Assembly: GCA_031555125.1 (NCBI GenBank)
Contig: JAVBUS010000046.1
Coordinates: forward strand, 1 to 25,491
Direction of reading: 5' to 3'
From: Eubacteriales bacterium
GTDB lineage: Bacteria; Bacillota; Clostridia; Christensenellales; Aristaeellaceae
Length of the DNA: 25,491 nucleotides
The position numbers and the translations under genes were made by a program. The notes under the pieces are model-generated. The model was not told the origin of the DNA, searched no databases, and saw only the letters and a program-made list of their open reading frames with translations. Of this stretch, positions 1-8,882 are shown piece after piece; position 1 is the first letter of the stretch, and every line of letters starts with the position of its first letter.

Positions 1-157
1 GTTTTCCGTTAGGAAAACATACCTACCATCACGAGCAAAGCGAGTCACGGCGCAAGCCGTGTATTCGAACGAAATGCATCCTGCATTTCGTTCGAGGGCG
101 TCGACTTTGTCGATGCCCTGCAGCGCCACCCTCCGCGGTGGCGCCTGTCGGCTTGCG
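1..157. repeat. Cluster of five consecutive hairpins (REP/BIME-like palindromic array) downstream of the GT2 gene
   Basis: Stems read directly: gttttcc/ggaaaac (1-18); cacggc-gcaa-gccgtg (46-61); perfect 14-bp tcgaacgaaatgca/tgcatttcgttcga (65-95); agggcgtcgac/gtcgatgccct (95-119); gcgccacc/ggtggcgc (123-144). cgcaagccg (51-59) is also inverted at 149-157. May continue beyond the window edge. Confidence 0.75.
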
Positions 158-164
158 ATGAGGG

Positions 165-1166
165 CTACAGTGGCCGCTTCTCTACCAGCTGAAAAAACTG
201 GCCGATGGGGCCGTTGGTCAGGGCAATGAAGGTCTCGGCGGGGTCCACGGCGGGCTTAGTGAGTTGCGTCACATGGCGATAGGTGGTCCACAGGGACTCA
301 AACAGCCGGGGCAGGCGATGCTTCAGGTGCATGTACAGGGTGTCGCACATCATAGTGAAAGCAAACTTGTGCACCACAAAGGTATAAGAACCGCGATTTT
401 TTCGGAACAGGTCGTTGTCGATCAGGTAGTCCCGCACCATGGCCAGCGCCACGATGTTGTCGGACAAGCGCTTGGGCGTAAAGTTGCCCATCAGGCTGCC
501 CGTACGGCGGTAGTAGGTATACAGCGGCTTTTGCACCACGGCCACCCGCCGGGCGTAGGCAAAGAGTTTGGGCATCGTGGCCATGTCCTCAAAGATCATG
601 GAGGGGAAGCGAATGTTGCGATCCGTAAACAGCGTACGGCGGAACAACTTGTTCCAGGTGTAGCTCTTCATGGACATGTCGCGCACCGACAGCTTGAGGG
701 CTTTGGTGCCGGTGAGGGTGGGCGGCAACAGGAACAGGAAGTGAGGGCAGAACCGGAACCCGCCCTTGGACATCAGCGAGTACTCGCACACCGCGATGTC
801 GGACTGGGAGCGGCGCACGGCGGTGAGCAGCTTTTCCGCATAGTCGTCGCAGACAAAATCATCACTGTCCACAAAGGCCACAAAGGGAGCGCTGCTGGCG
901 GCTAGGCCGTTGTTGCGGGCGGCACCCTGGCCCTGATTCTGCTGATGAATGACCTGCACGTTGGCGTTTTTAAGGGCATACCAATCGGCAATGGCGCCGG
1001 AGGCGTCGGTGGACCCGTCATCCACCAGCACCAGCTCCACCGGGATGGTTTGGGACACCAGGGAATCCAGGCAGCGGGATAAATAGGGCGCTACGTTATA
1101 GATGGGCACGATGATGGCGACCTGCGGCGCAGCCGCGGACGGCTGAACGCTGGCGGTTGTTTGCAT
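165..1166 (-). CDS. Glycosyltransferase family 2 (GT-A fold)
   Basis: N-terminal IIVPIYNV..YL..CLDSL..QT, LVDDGSTD, G.GAARN.GL, FVDSDD (DxD) and FEDM motifs; GGAGG RBS 7 nt upstream of ATG. Confidence 0.93.
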   Translation of the reverse strand: MQTTASVQPSAAAPQVAIIVPIYNVAPYLSRCLDSLVSQTIPVELVLVDDGSTDASGAIADWYALKNANVQVIHQQNQGQGAARNNGLAASSAPFVAFVDSDDFVCDDYAEKLLTAVRRSQSDIAVCEYSLMSKGGFRFCPHFLFLLPPTLTGTKALKLSVRDMSMKSYTWNKLFRRTLFTDRNIRFPSMIFEDMATMPKLFAYARRVAVVQKPLYTYYRRTGSLMGNFTPKRLSDNIVALAMVRDYLIDNDLFRKNRGSYTFVVHKFAFTMMCDTLYMHLKHRLPRLFESLWTTYRHVTQLTKPAVDPAETFIALTNGPIGQFFQLVEKRPL

Positions 1167-1199
1167 GCAACGGCCTCCGTTCTGATGACGTTTGGGGGA

Positions 1200-1916
1200 T
1201 TACCTGACCTTGAATTCCCAGCCTTTGTCCACTGGACGCCAGGTGCCTTGGGCGCCGGCGCTCATGGCGCCAACGGCCACATGGAGCATGGCAATCCCGC
1301 GATCCAGGGGACCCATGCCAAAGTTCTTGCCGCCGTCCAACACCTGGATGGAGCCCGGGGTCACTACAAAGCGCCAGGGTTGCCGGTTGATGGCCGAGGG
1401 GGCCAGCACCGCGGCCTCCAGGGCTGCCTTTTGCCAGGCGGGCAGGGCGGCGCGCTGCGCTTCTTCCAGGCCGCACAGAGCGGACAACGGCCTGCGTTTG
1501 TGGGCGGGTTGCTGGGGGGCGCATTGGCCGATGGCCAGCACACACTGGATATGCTCGTTGTCCTTTTGCTTGGCGGCCACCTTGACGATGCTCTTATAGA
1601 ACCCTGAGCCCAGCCAACAGGTGCCCAACCCCATGGCCGCACATTCCAGCGCCATGGCTTCGCCGGCGTATCCCTCTTGCTCCGGCAGTGTGTCCTTGGT
1701 GCCAAGGATGGCGGCATAGACATCGGTGCCCTTGATGGCGCTGCGCATGCCGGGGCCTTTGAGCAGGATGATGCGCACACCCTGCCACGTCAGCTGGCGC
1801 GAAAGATCCCCCAGCTTCTTTAATTGTTCGTCAGTGGGTGCCGCGGTATACTTCCGCACGGAACAACGCGTGCGGATCGCCTCCGCCCACCGCGCTTCAA
1901 GTTTGGTTTCGAACAT
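1200..1916 (-). CDS. Nitroreductase family protein
   Basis: FMN-binding AIRTRCSVRKY, GLGTCW and APSAINRQPWRF motifs; GGAGG RBS 7 nt upstream. Confidence 0.9.
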   Translation of the reverse strand: MFETKLEARWAEAIRTRCSVRKYTAAPTDEQLKKLGDLSRQLTWQGVRIILLKGPGMRSAIKGTDVYAAILGTKDTLPEQEGYAGEAMALECAAMGLGTCWLGSGFYKSIVKVAAKQKDNEHIQCVLAIGQCAPQQPAHKRRPLSALCGLEEAQRAALPAWQKAALEAAVLAPSAINRQPWRFVVTPGSIQVLDGGKNFGMGPLDRGIAMLHVAVGAMSAGAQGTWRPVDKGWEFKVR

Positions 1917-1965
1917 CGGGATGCCTCCATCCTATTTCCAGCGAATACCACATTTTCCTTACTAT

Positions 1966-1994
1966 ACTTTATCATGCACAATCCCTAGTGTCAA
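1966..1994 (-). promoter_or_regulatory. sigma70/SigA promoter of the nitroreductase-GT2 unit
   Basis: Minus strand TTGACA-17 bp-TAAAGT, with TG at the extended -10 position. Confidence 0.7.
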
Positions 1995-2056
1995 ATGAGA
2001 TTCGGATGAGAGGCGACTGTTCGGAGGATATTGCCTATATCGTGTATTCATCTATC

Positions 2057-2085
2057 TTGAGCACACTATAGGTTGTGGTTATTAT
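2057..2085 (+). promoter_or_regulatory. Putative upstream pflB promoter
   Basis: TTGAGC (2057-2062)-17 bp-TATTAT (2080-2085). Confidence 0.45.
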
Positions 2086-2098
2086 GGACTGGCAAGGC

Positions 2099-2127
2099 TT
2101 GACAATGCACCTTGGCTGCGGTATGAT
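2099..2127 (+). promoter_or_regulatory. sigma70/SigA promoter of pflB-pflA
   Basis: TTGACA (2099-2104)-17 bp-TATGAT (2122-2127), upstream of the GGGAGG RBS. Confidence 0.8.
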
Positions 2128-2154
2128 GCCAATAGTCTTTTGGGAGGCGATCAG

Positions 2155-4389
2155 ATGGGCGGCGAAGGCGCATGGCGCGGTTTTATGGCGGGTCCCTGGC
2201 AGGGGGATGTGGATGTGCGCGACTTTATCCAGCGCAACTACACACCCTACTTGGAGGGGCCGGAGTTTTTGCAGCACGCTACGGAGGCAACCGAGACCCT
2301 TAACGCGCAGTACCAGTCCCTGCGCGCGCTGGAGCGTGCCAAGGGCGGGGTGCTGGATATCGACGTGGACACGGTCTCTTCCCTGACATCCCACGGGCCG
2401 GGGTACCAGCAGCGCGAACTGGAGCGTATCGTGGGGCTGCAGACCGACAAGCCCCTGCGCCGCGCCGTCAACCCCTTTGGGGGTATCCGGATGGCTGAAA
2501 AGGCCTGCGAGGCCTATGGCTATGCGCTGGGCGAAGGTGTGCGGCGTGCCTTTGCGTACCGCACCACCCACAACGACGGTGTGTTCCGGGTCTATTCGCC
2601 CCAGATGCGGGCGGCACGCCGCTGCGGCATCATCACAGGGTTGCCGGACGCCTATGGCCGGGGCCGCATCATCGGGGACTATCGCCGGGTAGCCCTGTAC
2701 GGCACCGCCAAACTCGTCGCGGTCAAAGAGGCAGATTTGGCGGCGCTGCAGGATCTGGATATGGACGAGCCCACCATTCAGCTGTGCGAGGAGGTCTATC
2801 GGCAGATCGACTTTTTGCGCAAGCTAGAGGAAATGGCCTCTGCTTACGGTTTCGATGTGTCGGTGCCCGCCGAAACCGCCCAGGAAGCCACCCAGTGGGT
2901 GTACTTTGCGTATCTGGGGGCCATCAAGGAACAAAACGGCGCCGCCATGTCCCTGGGCCGGGTCAGTACCTTTTTGGACATCTACTTTACTCGGGATCTG
3001 GCGGAGGGGACAATCACCGAGGGGGACGCCCAGGAGATCATCGACCATTTTGTGCTCAAGCTGCGCATGACGCGGCAATTGCGCACGCCGGACTATAACG
3101 AGCTGTTTGCCGGAGACCCCACCTGGGTCACCGAGGCGGTGGGCGGCATGGGTGAGGATGGACGCACCCTGGTGACCCGCACCTCCTATCGGGTGCTGCA
3201 CACCCTGACTACCCTGCAGGCCGCGCCGGAACCGAACCTGACGGTGCTGTGGGCCCGGGGATTGCCCACGCCCTTTAAGCGATATTGCGCACACCTGTCG
3301 GTGGAAACCGATGCCCTCCAATATGAAAACGACGATTTGATGCGGCCCCGCTTTGGGGATGATTACGCCATCGCCTGCTGCGTTTCAGCGGCCCGGGTGG
3401 GCAAGCAGATGCAGTTCTTTGGTGCCCGGTGCAACATCGCCAAGCTGCTGCTGCTTGCCCTTAACGGCGGACGGGATGAGCTCTCCGGGGAGCAGGTTGG
3501 CCCGGTGCAACCGCCGGTGGGAGCAGGCCCCCTGGACTACGAGGATGTGCTGGCCCGGTACAACACCTACCTGCAGTGGCTGGCACGCCTGTATGTGAAT
3601 ACCATGAACGTGATCCATGCCATGCACGACAAGTACGCCTACGAAAAACTGCAGATGGCCCTCCACGATACCCAGGTGGAGCGCCTGATGTCCTTTGGCA
3701 TGGCGGGGCTGTCGGTAGCCGCGGACTCGCTGAGCGCCATCCGGTACGCCCGGGTGACCCCTGTGCGGGATGCGCGAGGGTTGGTGGTGGATTTTACCAT
3801 CGACGGCACCTATCCGGCCTATGGCAACGACGACGACCGGGCCGACAACATCGCAAAGATGCTGTGTGAATCCCTGCATCAGGAACTGTGCAAACACCGC
3901 GCCTATCGCAACGCGACCCATACCCTGTCGGTGCTGACCATCACCTCCAATGTAGTCTATGGCAAAAAGACCGGCGCTACCCCGGATGGGCGCAAGTTGG
4001 GCGAGCCGTTTGCCCCCGGCGCCAATCCCATGCACGGGCGGGAGCGGGAGGGCGCCCTGGCGTCCTTGAACTCAGTGGCCAAGCTGCCCTATGACGCGTG
4101 TCGGGACGGTATCTCCAACACCTTGACCGTGACCCCGGACACCTTGGGCAGCGACGGACCGACGCGCCATGCCGCCCTGTGTGCGCTGATCGACGGATAC
4201 TTTGTCCAAGGGGCCCACCATCTGAACGTGAACGTGCTCAGCCGCGACCGGCTGGAGGCCGCCATGGCCCACCCGGAGAAATACCCCAACCTGACAGTGC
4301 GCGTATCGGGCTACGCGGTGCAGTTTACCCGCCTCAACCCCTGCCAGCAGCGGGAAGTACTGGCCCGCACCTTTCACCAAGTGCTGTAG
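2155..4389 (+). CDS. pflB: Formate C-acetyltransferase (pyruvate formate-lyase)
   Basis: [17 protein letters not shown], catalytic IACCVS Cys-Cys pair and glycyl-radical loop RVSGYAV. Start moved from TTG 2140 to ATG 2155, which follows GGGAGG. Confidence 0.97.
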   Translation: MGGEGAWRGFMAGPWQGDVDVRDFIQRNYTPYLEGPEFLQHATEATETLNAQYQSLRALERAKGGVLDIDVDTVSSLTSHGPGYQQRELERIVGLQTDKPLRRAVNPFGGIRMAEKACEAYGYALGEGVRRAFAYRTTHNDGVFRVYSPQMRAARRCGIITGLPDAYGRGRIIGDYRRVALYGTAKLVAVKEADLAALQDLDMDEPTIQLCEEVYRQIDFLRKLEEMASAYGFDVSVPAETAQEATQWVYFAYLGAIKEQNGAAMSLGRVSTFLDIYFTRDLAEGTITEGDAQEIIDHFVLKLRMTRQLRTPDYNELFAGDPTWVTEAVGGMGEDGRTLVTRTSYRVLHTLTTLQAAPEPNLTVLWARGLPTPFKRYCAHLSVETDALQYENDDLMRPRFGDDYAIACCVSAARVGKQMQFFGARCNIAKLLLLALNGGRDELSGEQVGPVQPPVGAGPLDYEDVLARYNTYLQWLARLYVNTMNVIHAMHDKYAYEKLQMALHDTQVERLMSFGMAGLSVAADSLSAIRYARVTPVRDARGLVVDFTIDGTYPAYGNDDDRADNIAKMLCESLHQELCKHRAYRNATHTLSVLTITSNVVYGKKTGATPDGRKLGEPFAPGANPMHGREREGALASLNSVAKLPYDACRDGISNTLTVTPDTLGSDGPTRHAALCALIDGYFVQGAHHLNVNVLSRDRLEAAMAHPEKYPNLTVRVSGYAVQFTRLNPCQQREVLARTFHQVL

Positions 4390-4397
4390 GAGGAACG

Positions 4398-5114
4398 ATG
4401 GGCCATATTGGGTTTCTCCACTCGGTACAGACCCTAGGGGCTGTGGACGGGCCGGGACTGCGGTTCGTGGCGTTTTTGCAAGGCTGTGCCATGCGCTGCG
4501 CCTATTGCCATAATCCGGATAGCTGGTCCCGCACAGGGGGTGCGGAGATCACCGCCGAGGGGCTGGTGGCCCGGGTGGCGCGGTATAAGCCCTACTTTGG
4601 CCGGGAGGGCGGGTTGACCCTCTCCGGCGGGGAACCGCTGATCCAGGCGGAGTTTTGTCGGCAGGTGGCGCGGCTGTGCCATGGTCAGGGGATCGGCGTG
4701 TGCCTGGACACGGCGGGCAGCCGGTGCGACGGCCAAGTGGAGGCGTTGTTGACCCAGGTGGATCTGGTGCTGCTGGACATCAAGCACGCGGATCCGGCTG
4801 CCTTTCGGCTGCTCACCGGCCGCGATATGGGGCCGACCCTGGCGTTTTTGCAGCTGTGCCGGCAGCGGGGCATACCCCTGTGGATCCGGCAAGTGGTAGC
4901 GCCGGGTTGGACCGACGGGGCCGACCAGCTACGGGCGCTGTTGGCGCTGGTGGAGGGGGCGTGTGTGGCGCGGATCGAGCTGCTGCCTTATCATACCCTG
5001 GGCCGTGACAAGTGGGAGACCCTGGGGCGGGCGTATCCCATGGGGGATGCGTTGCCGCCCTCGGCACAAAAGATGGCCGAACTGCGTGCTGTTGTGGATG
5101 AAATTAGGCCATGA
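4398..5114 (+). CDS. pflA: Pyruvate formate-lyase activating enzyme (radical SAM)
   Basis: GAVDGPGLRFV.FLQGCAMRCAYCHNPDSW (CxxxCxxC), SGGEPL, LDIKH, ELLPYH; ATG 4398 after the AGGAGG RBS, 8 nt downstream of pflB. Confidence 0.95.
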   Translation: MGHIGFLHSVQTLGAVDGPGLRFVAFLQGCAMRCAYCHNPDSWSRTGGAEITAEGLVARVARYKPYFGREGGLTLSGGEPLIQAEFCRQVARLCHGQGIGVCLDTAGSRCDGQVEALLTQVDLVLLDIKHADPAAFRLLTGRDMGPTLAFLQLCRQRGIPLWIRQVVAPGWTDGADQLRALLALVEGACVARIELLPYHTLGRDKWETLGRAYPMGDALPPSAQKMAELRAVVDEIRP

Positions 5115-5173
5115 CCTCGTTCCTATGATATACTGTAGGAGATTTGTTCGTGCACAAAGGAGAGGAATTCGCT

Positions 5174-5929
5174 ATGCAAACTGCTGCTCGCAATTCATCG
5201 CACATCCTGCGCACCGTGGCTATCGGTCTGCTGATCATGGGTCTTTTGTATTTTGCCTTGCCGGGATCGGGCTTAGCCGCGAAGGAAGCAACGCCTAAGC
5301 CCACGCCCAGCCCCACCTGCACCCCGCCGCCCGTCGGTGAGGAGGTGCCAGAGGGCATCGCCGCCATGATCCGGGTGGCCCAGCAGGAGTGCTTCGCAGC
5401 CGACCAGAAGCCCCTGCCGAAGAGCAACAAGTATTCACAATGGTACTTCAACGATAAGCGCCAGATCGGCTGGTGCTCCAACTTTGTCAGTTGGTGCGCC
5501 GACCAGGCGGGGGTTACCCTGCTCAAGGGTGACGATAGCGCGCCGGTGGCCGACGATGCGGTGTTCGTGACCAACGAGGCCAAGGTGGTGCTGACCTTTG
5601 AGGCGTACCAAAAGGCAGAGCGCATCACCGATGTGCCCAAGCCGGGGTACGAGGTCATTTACGGAGTGATCGGCGGCACCAGCTACACCCATGTGGGCAT
5701 GGTGGAAAGCGTGATTGACCTGGGCGACGGCGTATACGAGCTGACCACCGTCGAAGGCAATGTGTCCAGTTCCGTCAAGCGCTATTGCTATCGGTACGTA
5801 CAAAACCCAAAGACCAAGTACAAAAACTTTCGCGCTGTGCCCAAGGCGGAGCGAACCCGGGACGATGCGCAGTACAAGCTGCACAAGGAGAACTGGTTCG
5901 TGACGGGATTTGGTCAGACGTGGAAATAA
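5174..5929 (+). CDS. Secreted CHAP-domain protein (putative peptidoglycan amidase/peptidase)
   Basis: Signal-peptide-like N-terminus, Pro/Thr linker (PKPTPSPTCTPPP), then WCSNFVSW (Cys), HVGMVE (His) and TVEGN, typical of CHAP. Start set at ATG 5174 after AGGAGAGG. Confidence 0.8.
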   Translation: MQTAARNSSHILRTVAIGLLIMGLLYFALPGSGLAAKEATPKPTPSPTCTPPPVGEEVPEGIAAMIRVAQQECFAADQKPLPKSNKYSQWYFNDKRQIGWCSNFVSWCADQAGVTLLKGDDSAPVADDAVFVTNEAKVVLTFEAYQKAERITDVPKPGYEVIYGVIGGTSYTHVGMVESVIDLGDGVYELTTVEGNVSSSVKRYCYRYVQNPKTKYKNFRAVPKAERTRDDAQYKLHKENWFVTGFGQTWK

Positions 5930-5943
5930 CACCGACGTTGCTT

Positions 5944-5980
5944 GGGCCGACTCGCTTATGCGGGGCGGCTCCTCTTTTTT
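5944..5980 (+). terminator. Intrinsic terminator after the CHAP gene
   Basis: gggccgactcgc-ttat-gcggggcggctc stem (G-U pairs, one mismatch) followed by ctctttttt. Confidence 0.7.
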
Positions 5981-6023
5981 GCGCTTTTTCGTTCTAAAAC
6001 ACCGGCAAAGGCGCAATCTGTCG

Positions 6024-6052
6024 TTGCAAAAGATAACATATTCAGGTACAAT
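6024..6052 (+). promoter_or_regulatory. sigma70/SigA promoter of the two-component operon
   Basis: TTGCAA (6024-6029)-17 bp-TACAAT (6047-6052). Confidence 0.7.
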
Positions 6053-6163
6053 CAGGTATACATACCTTATCTAGCGCATGCGTGCGTATTCTAGCGCAAG
6101 CGGTGGGTGTCTGCCCGTCGCGTTCTGGTACTAAGGACAGCTTTTGTGGAGGCGAGGAAGCAT

Positions 6164-6880
6164 ATGATCAAGATCTTGCTGATCGAGGATGACCGCGACA
6201 TACAAAGCATCAACTCCTTCTTCCTGCGCAGCAAGGGGCACGATGTAAACTGCGCCTTCTCCTGTGAAGAAGGCTACGAGAAAGTCCGCTCTTACGAGCC
6301 GGATTGCATCGTGCTGGATGTGAACCTACCCGACGGCACCGGCCTGGAGCTGTGCCCGCGCCTGCGCACCGTGACCCAGGCCCCCATCATCTTCCTTAGT
6401 TGCATGGACACTGAGGATGACAAGATCGCGGGCCTGCTTACCGGCGGCGACGATTACATGACCAAGCCGTACTCCGTTAAGGAGCTGGAGGCCCGGGTGC
6501 AGGTATGCATGCGGCGCAACAACAGCCCCATACCCGCCACCGCAGTGGCCCTGAATGTCCTGGAGTTCGGGCCCTTGCGCATCGATCTGACTTTTGAGAA
6601 GGTGTTTGTGGGCGACGAGCTGATCAGCATTTCTAAAAAAGCCTTTGGCATGCTGACGGTGCTGGCCCAGCACCCCGGTCAGTGCATCAGCGCGGAGCAG
6701 CTGTACGAAACGGTCTGGGAGATGACCAGCCTGGGTGACCTTCGGACCGTGCATGTGCACATCTTTAATCTGCGAAAGCGCTTGGATCAAGCGATGCCGG
6801 ATCACCAGTTCATCCGTACGGCATGGGGAAAGGGATACTGCTTTGTGCCGCCGGACAGCCGGGAGGCCATCAAAGAATGA
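6164..6880 (+). CDS. OmpR/PhoB-family response regulator
   Basis: KILLIEDD, LDVNLPDG (phospho-Asp), DDYMTKPY and the winged-helix RTVHVHIFNLRKRL...IRTAWGKGY; ATG 6164 after GGAGGCGAGGAAG. Confidence 0.95.
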   Translation: MIKILLIEDDRDIQSINSFFLRSKGHDVNCAFSCEEGYEKVRSYEPDCIVLDVNLPDGTGLELCPRLRTVTQAPIIFLSCMDTEDDKIAGLLTGGDDYMTKPYSVKELEARVQVCMRRNNSPIPATAVALNVLEFGPLRIDLTFEKVFVGDELISISKKAFGMLTVLAQHPGQCISAEQLYETVWEMTSLGDLRTVHVHIFNLRKRLDQAMPDHQFIRTAWGKGYCFVPPDSREAIKE

Positions 6881-8754
6881 AAGTACTCTCCAAGCTGCGC
6901 GGTCTGCTGGTTTTGGTGCTTAGCGGCGTCTTGTTGGTGTGTCTGCTGGGCCTGGTCATGTTGGATCACAACAGCGCCCAGTGGATCCAGCCCGCCGACG
7001 GCACGGTCACCATCCCCGCGCTCAAGGATCAGCTGTTGGCTATCGAGGCCGAGTGGCAGCTCATGGGGGAGGACCCGGTCAAGGGCGACGTACTGCGAAA
7101 GACCACCTTGGAGCTGAAGACCCAGGACACTTTGGCGCGGGTATTGGTGGTGCGGTCATCCTATGAGGTGACGGGGGTCAGCATCAACGGCAGGGCGTGG
7201 ACATGGAGCCGCCCGGCCATGATGGAGGGTACCAGTATCAGCTTGCCGCAACCCCGCCGACCCATGAGCGTAGAAATCCTGCTGCGGGACGCGGCTGGGG
7301 CGCAGCCGCCGCTGCTGTTGCTGGACACGGTGGAGGGCATGGCCCGGTTCACCAGCCAGCGGGCCTTGCTCACCGCCATCATGTTCACGGTGCTACTCAC
7401 CGGCGCGGCCATGATGCTTATGAATTATCTGTTGCAAGGTCGGCAGATGGCGACGCTGTCGCTGTGGCTGGCTTATATGTTGTTGCTGATTGCCCAAATC
7501 GACATGCTGCTGCCCCAGGGCCAGGCGGCCCGGGTGGTGCACCATACCGCCATGGTACTGCTAAGCGCGGCACTGTGTTGCGCGGCCAGCTTGCGGCTGG
7601 AAGGCATGCGGGATTCGTGGCCGCTGCTGGGCCTGCTGGCGGTGGATATTGTATCGGCACTGGTGTGGATGGGCGGTTTTTGGCTGTTTAACCGTGCGCC
7701 CTTCTTCTTCCTGGCGGTGCCGCTGCAGGTGATCGGTCTGGCCATCACCGGGGCGCTGGCGCTATACGGGCTACTCCGCCGGGGCGGCGCCAAGGTGGAT
7801 CGCGCCATGGACGGCGCCATGCTGCTGCAGTTGATGGGTCTGGTGGCGGATCTGCTGATCGTGCGCAGCCGGATGCTCATCATCTCGCCGGTACTGGTGT
7901 TCTCCTGCGCGATGGCGGCGGTACACCTATGGTTGGCGGCCAAAAAACAGGCGGAGGACCGGCGCAACAGCGAGGTGCTGGAAAAGCAGTTGGAACAGCG
8001 CGTGGCGTCTCGCACGGAGGAACTGCGGCTGGCCAACGAGCAGCTCTCCCGCATCGATGCATCCCGGGGCGAGTTCTTTTCCCACATTGCCCACGACCTG
8101 CAATCCCCCCTGACCATTATCCGGGGCAGTCTGGATCTGGTCATCGACGGCACCCCCATCACCAGTGAAGAGCGGGAAAATTACCTGACCATGGCCAAGG
8201 GAAGCGCCGTGAAGCTCACCAACCGCATCAAGGCGTTGCGTGGCATGGCCTTGATGGAAGAAAACGAGTTTATGCCCAAAATGCAGCCCCTGCGCCCCAT
8301 GCTGCTGCAATGCATGGAAAGTTGGCGGGGACTGTATGATAAGAATGCGGTGACCTTTGCTTGCGAGGGAGAGGAACTCTCTGCCATGTACGACGAGTCC
8401 TGGCTGCAGAACGCCTTGGATCGGCTGGTGAACAATGCGGTGCGGTACACGCCCCCCGGCGGCACCATCACCATCGCTTGGCGCCGGGAGATGTTCGGCG
8501 TGGAGGTCAGCGTGCGGGATACGGGCTGCGGCATCGCGGAAAACGATATGGGCGGTCTGTTTGATAAGTTCTACCAGGGCTGGAACTCCCAGGAGGGCTT
8601 GGGGATCGGTTTGTCCGTGGTGCAGCGGGTGGCCCAGCGCCATGGCGGACGCGTTTGGGTGCAGAGCAGTCCTGGGGACGGCGCCACCTTCACCATTTAT
8701 CTGCCGGACTTGCCCGCCAATCAGTGGGGCATGAAGGCCGCCGACGCGAGATAG
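6877..8754 (+). CDS. Membrane sensor histidine kinase with extracellular domain and multi-TM region
   Basis: ATGA overlap with the regulator stop. H-box FFSHIAHDLQSPL, N-box LVNNAVRY, G1 DTGCGI, F LFDKFY, G2 GLGIGLS. One N-terminal TM, a soluble segment of about 130-140 aa, then about 7 hydrophobic helices and a coiled coil. Confidence 0.93.
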   Translation: MKVLSKLRGLLVLVLSGVLLVCLLGLVMLDHNSAQWIQPADGTVTIPALKDQLLAIEAEWQLMGEDPVKGDVLRKTTLELKTQDTLARVLVVRSSYEVTGVSINGRAWTWSRPAMMEGTSISLPQPRRPMSVEILLRDAAGAQPPLLLLDTVEGMARFTSQRALLTAIMFTVLLTGAAMMLMNYLLQGRQMATLSLWLAYMLLLIAQIDMLLPQGQAARVVHHTAMVLLSAALCCAASLRLEGMRDSWPLLGLLAVDIVSALVWMGGFWLFNRAPFFFLAVPLQVIGLAITGALALYGLLRRGGAKVDRAMDGAMLLQLMGLVADLLIVRSRMLIISPVLVFSCAMAAVHLWLAAKKQAEDRRNSEVLEKQLEQRVASRTEELRLANEQLSRIDASRGEFFSHIAHDLQSPLTIIRGSLDLVIDGTPITSEERENYLTMAKGSAVKLTNRIKALRGMALMEENEFMPKMQPLRPMLLQCMESWRGLYDKNAVTFACEGEELSAMYDESWLQNALDRLVNNAVRYTPPGGTITIAWRREMFGVEVSVRDTGCGIAENDMGGLFDKFYQGWNSQEGLGIGLSVVQRVAQRHGGRVWVQSSPGDGATFTIYLPDLPANQWGMKAADAR

Positions 8755-8776
8755 CGCCCCAAAAGGGGTTGGGTGC

Positions 8777-8847
8777 AGACCGCCAAGAAATGTCCACGTG
8801 CGAAAAGGCGCAGCGCCGACACGCAGATGGGCCTTTGTTGGCGGTCT
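8777..8847. repeat. Long imperfect hairpin (REP-like element and/or terminator) after the kinase
   Basis: agaccgccaa (8777-8786) pairs with ttggcggtct (8838-8847); inner aaa/ttt, gtcca/tgggc and tgcg/cgca pairings; nested ggcgc-a-gcgcc. Confidence 0.6.
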
Positions 8848-8882
8848 TCAGACAGAGAATAGCAGTTTTTAACCCGTTTCTC

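Noticed and set aside
1-157. Hairpin cluster as tRNA or CRISPR array
   Set aside because: No cloverleaf or T-loop signature and no identical repeats with unique spacers.
1917-2154. Rex or FNR-like redox operator upstream of pflB
   Set aside because: No adequate match to TTGTGAA-N4-TTCACAA or TTGAT-N4-ATCAA was found by eye.
4098-4397. 100-aa N-terminal extension of PflA in the ORF track
   Set aside because: Overlaps pflB in another frame; the real start is ATG 4398 with an AGGAGG RBS.
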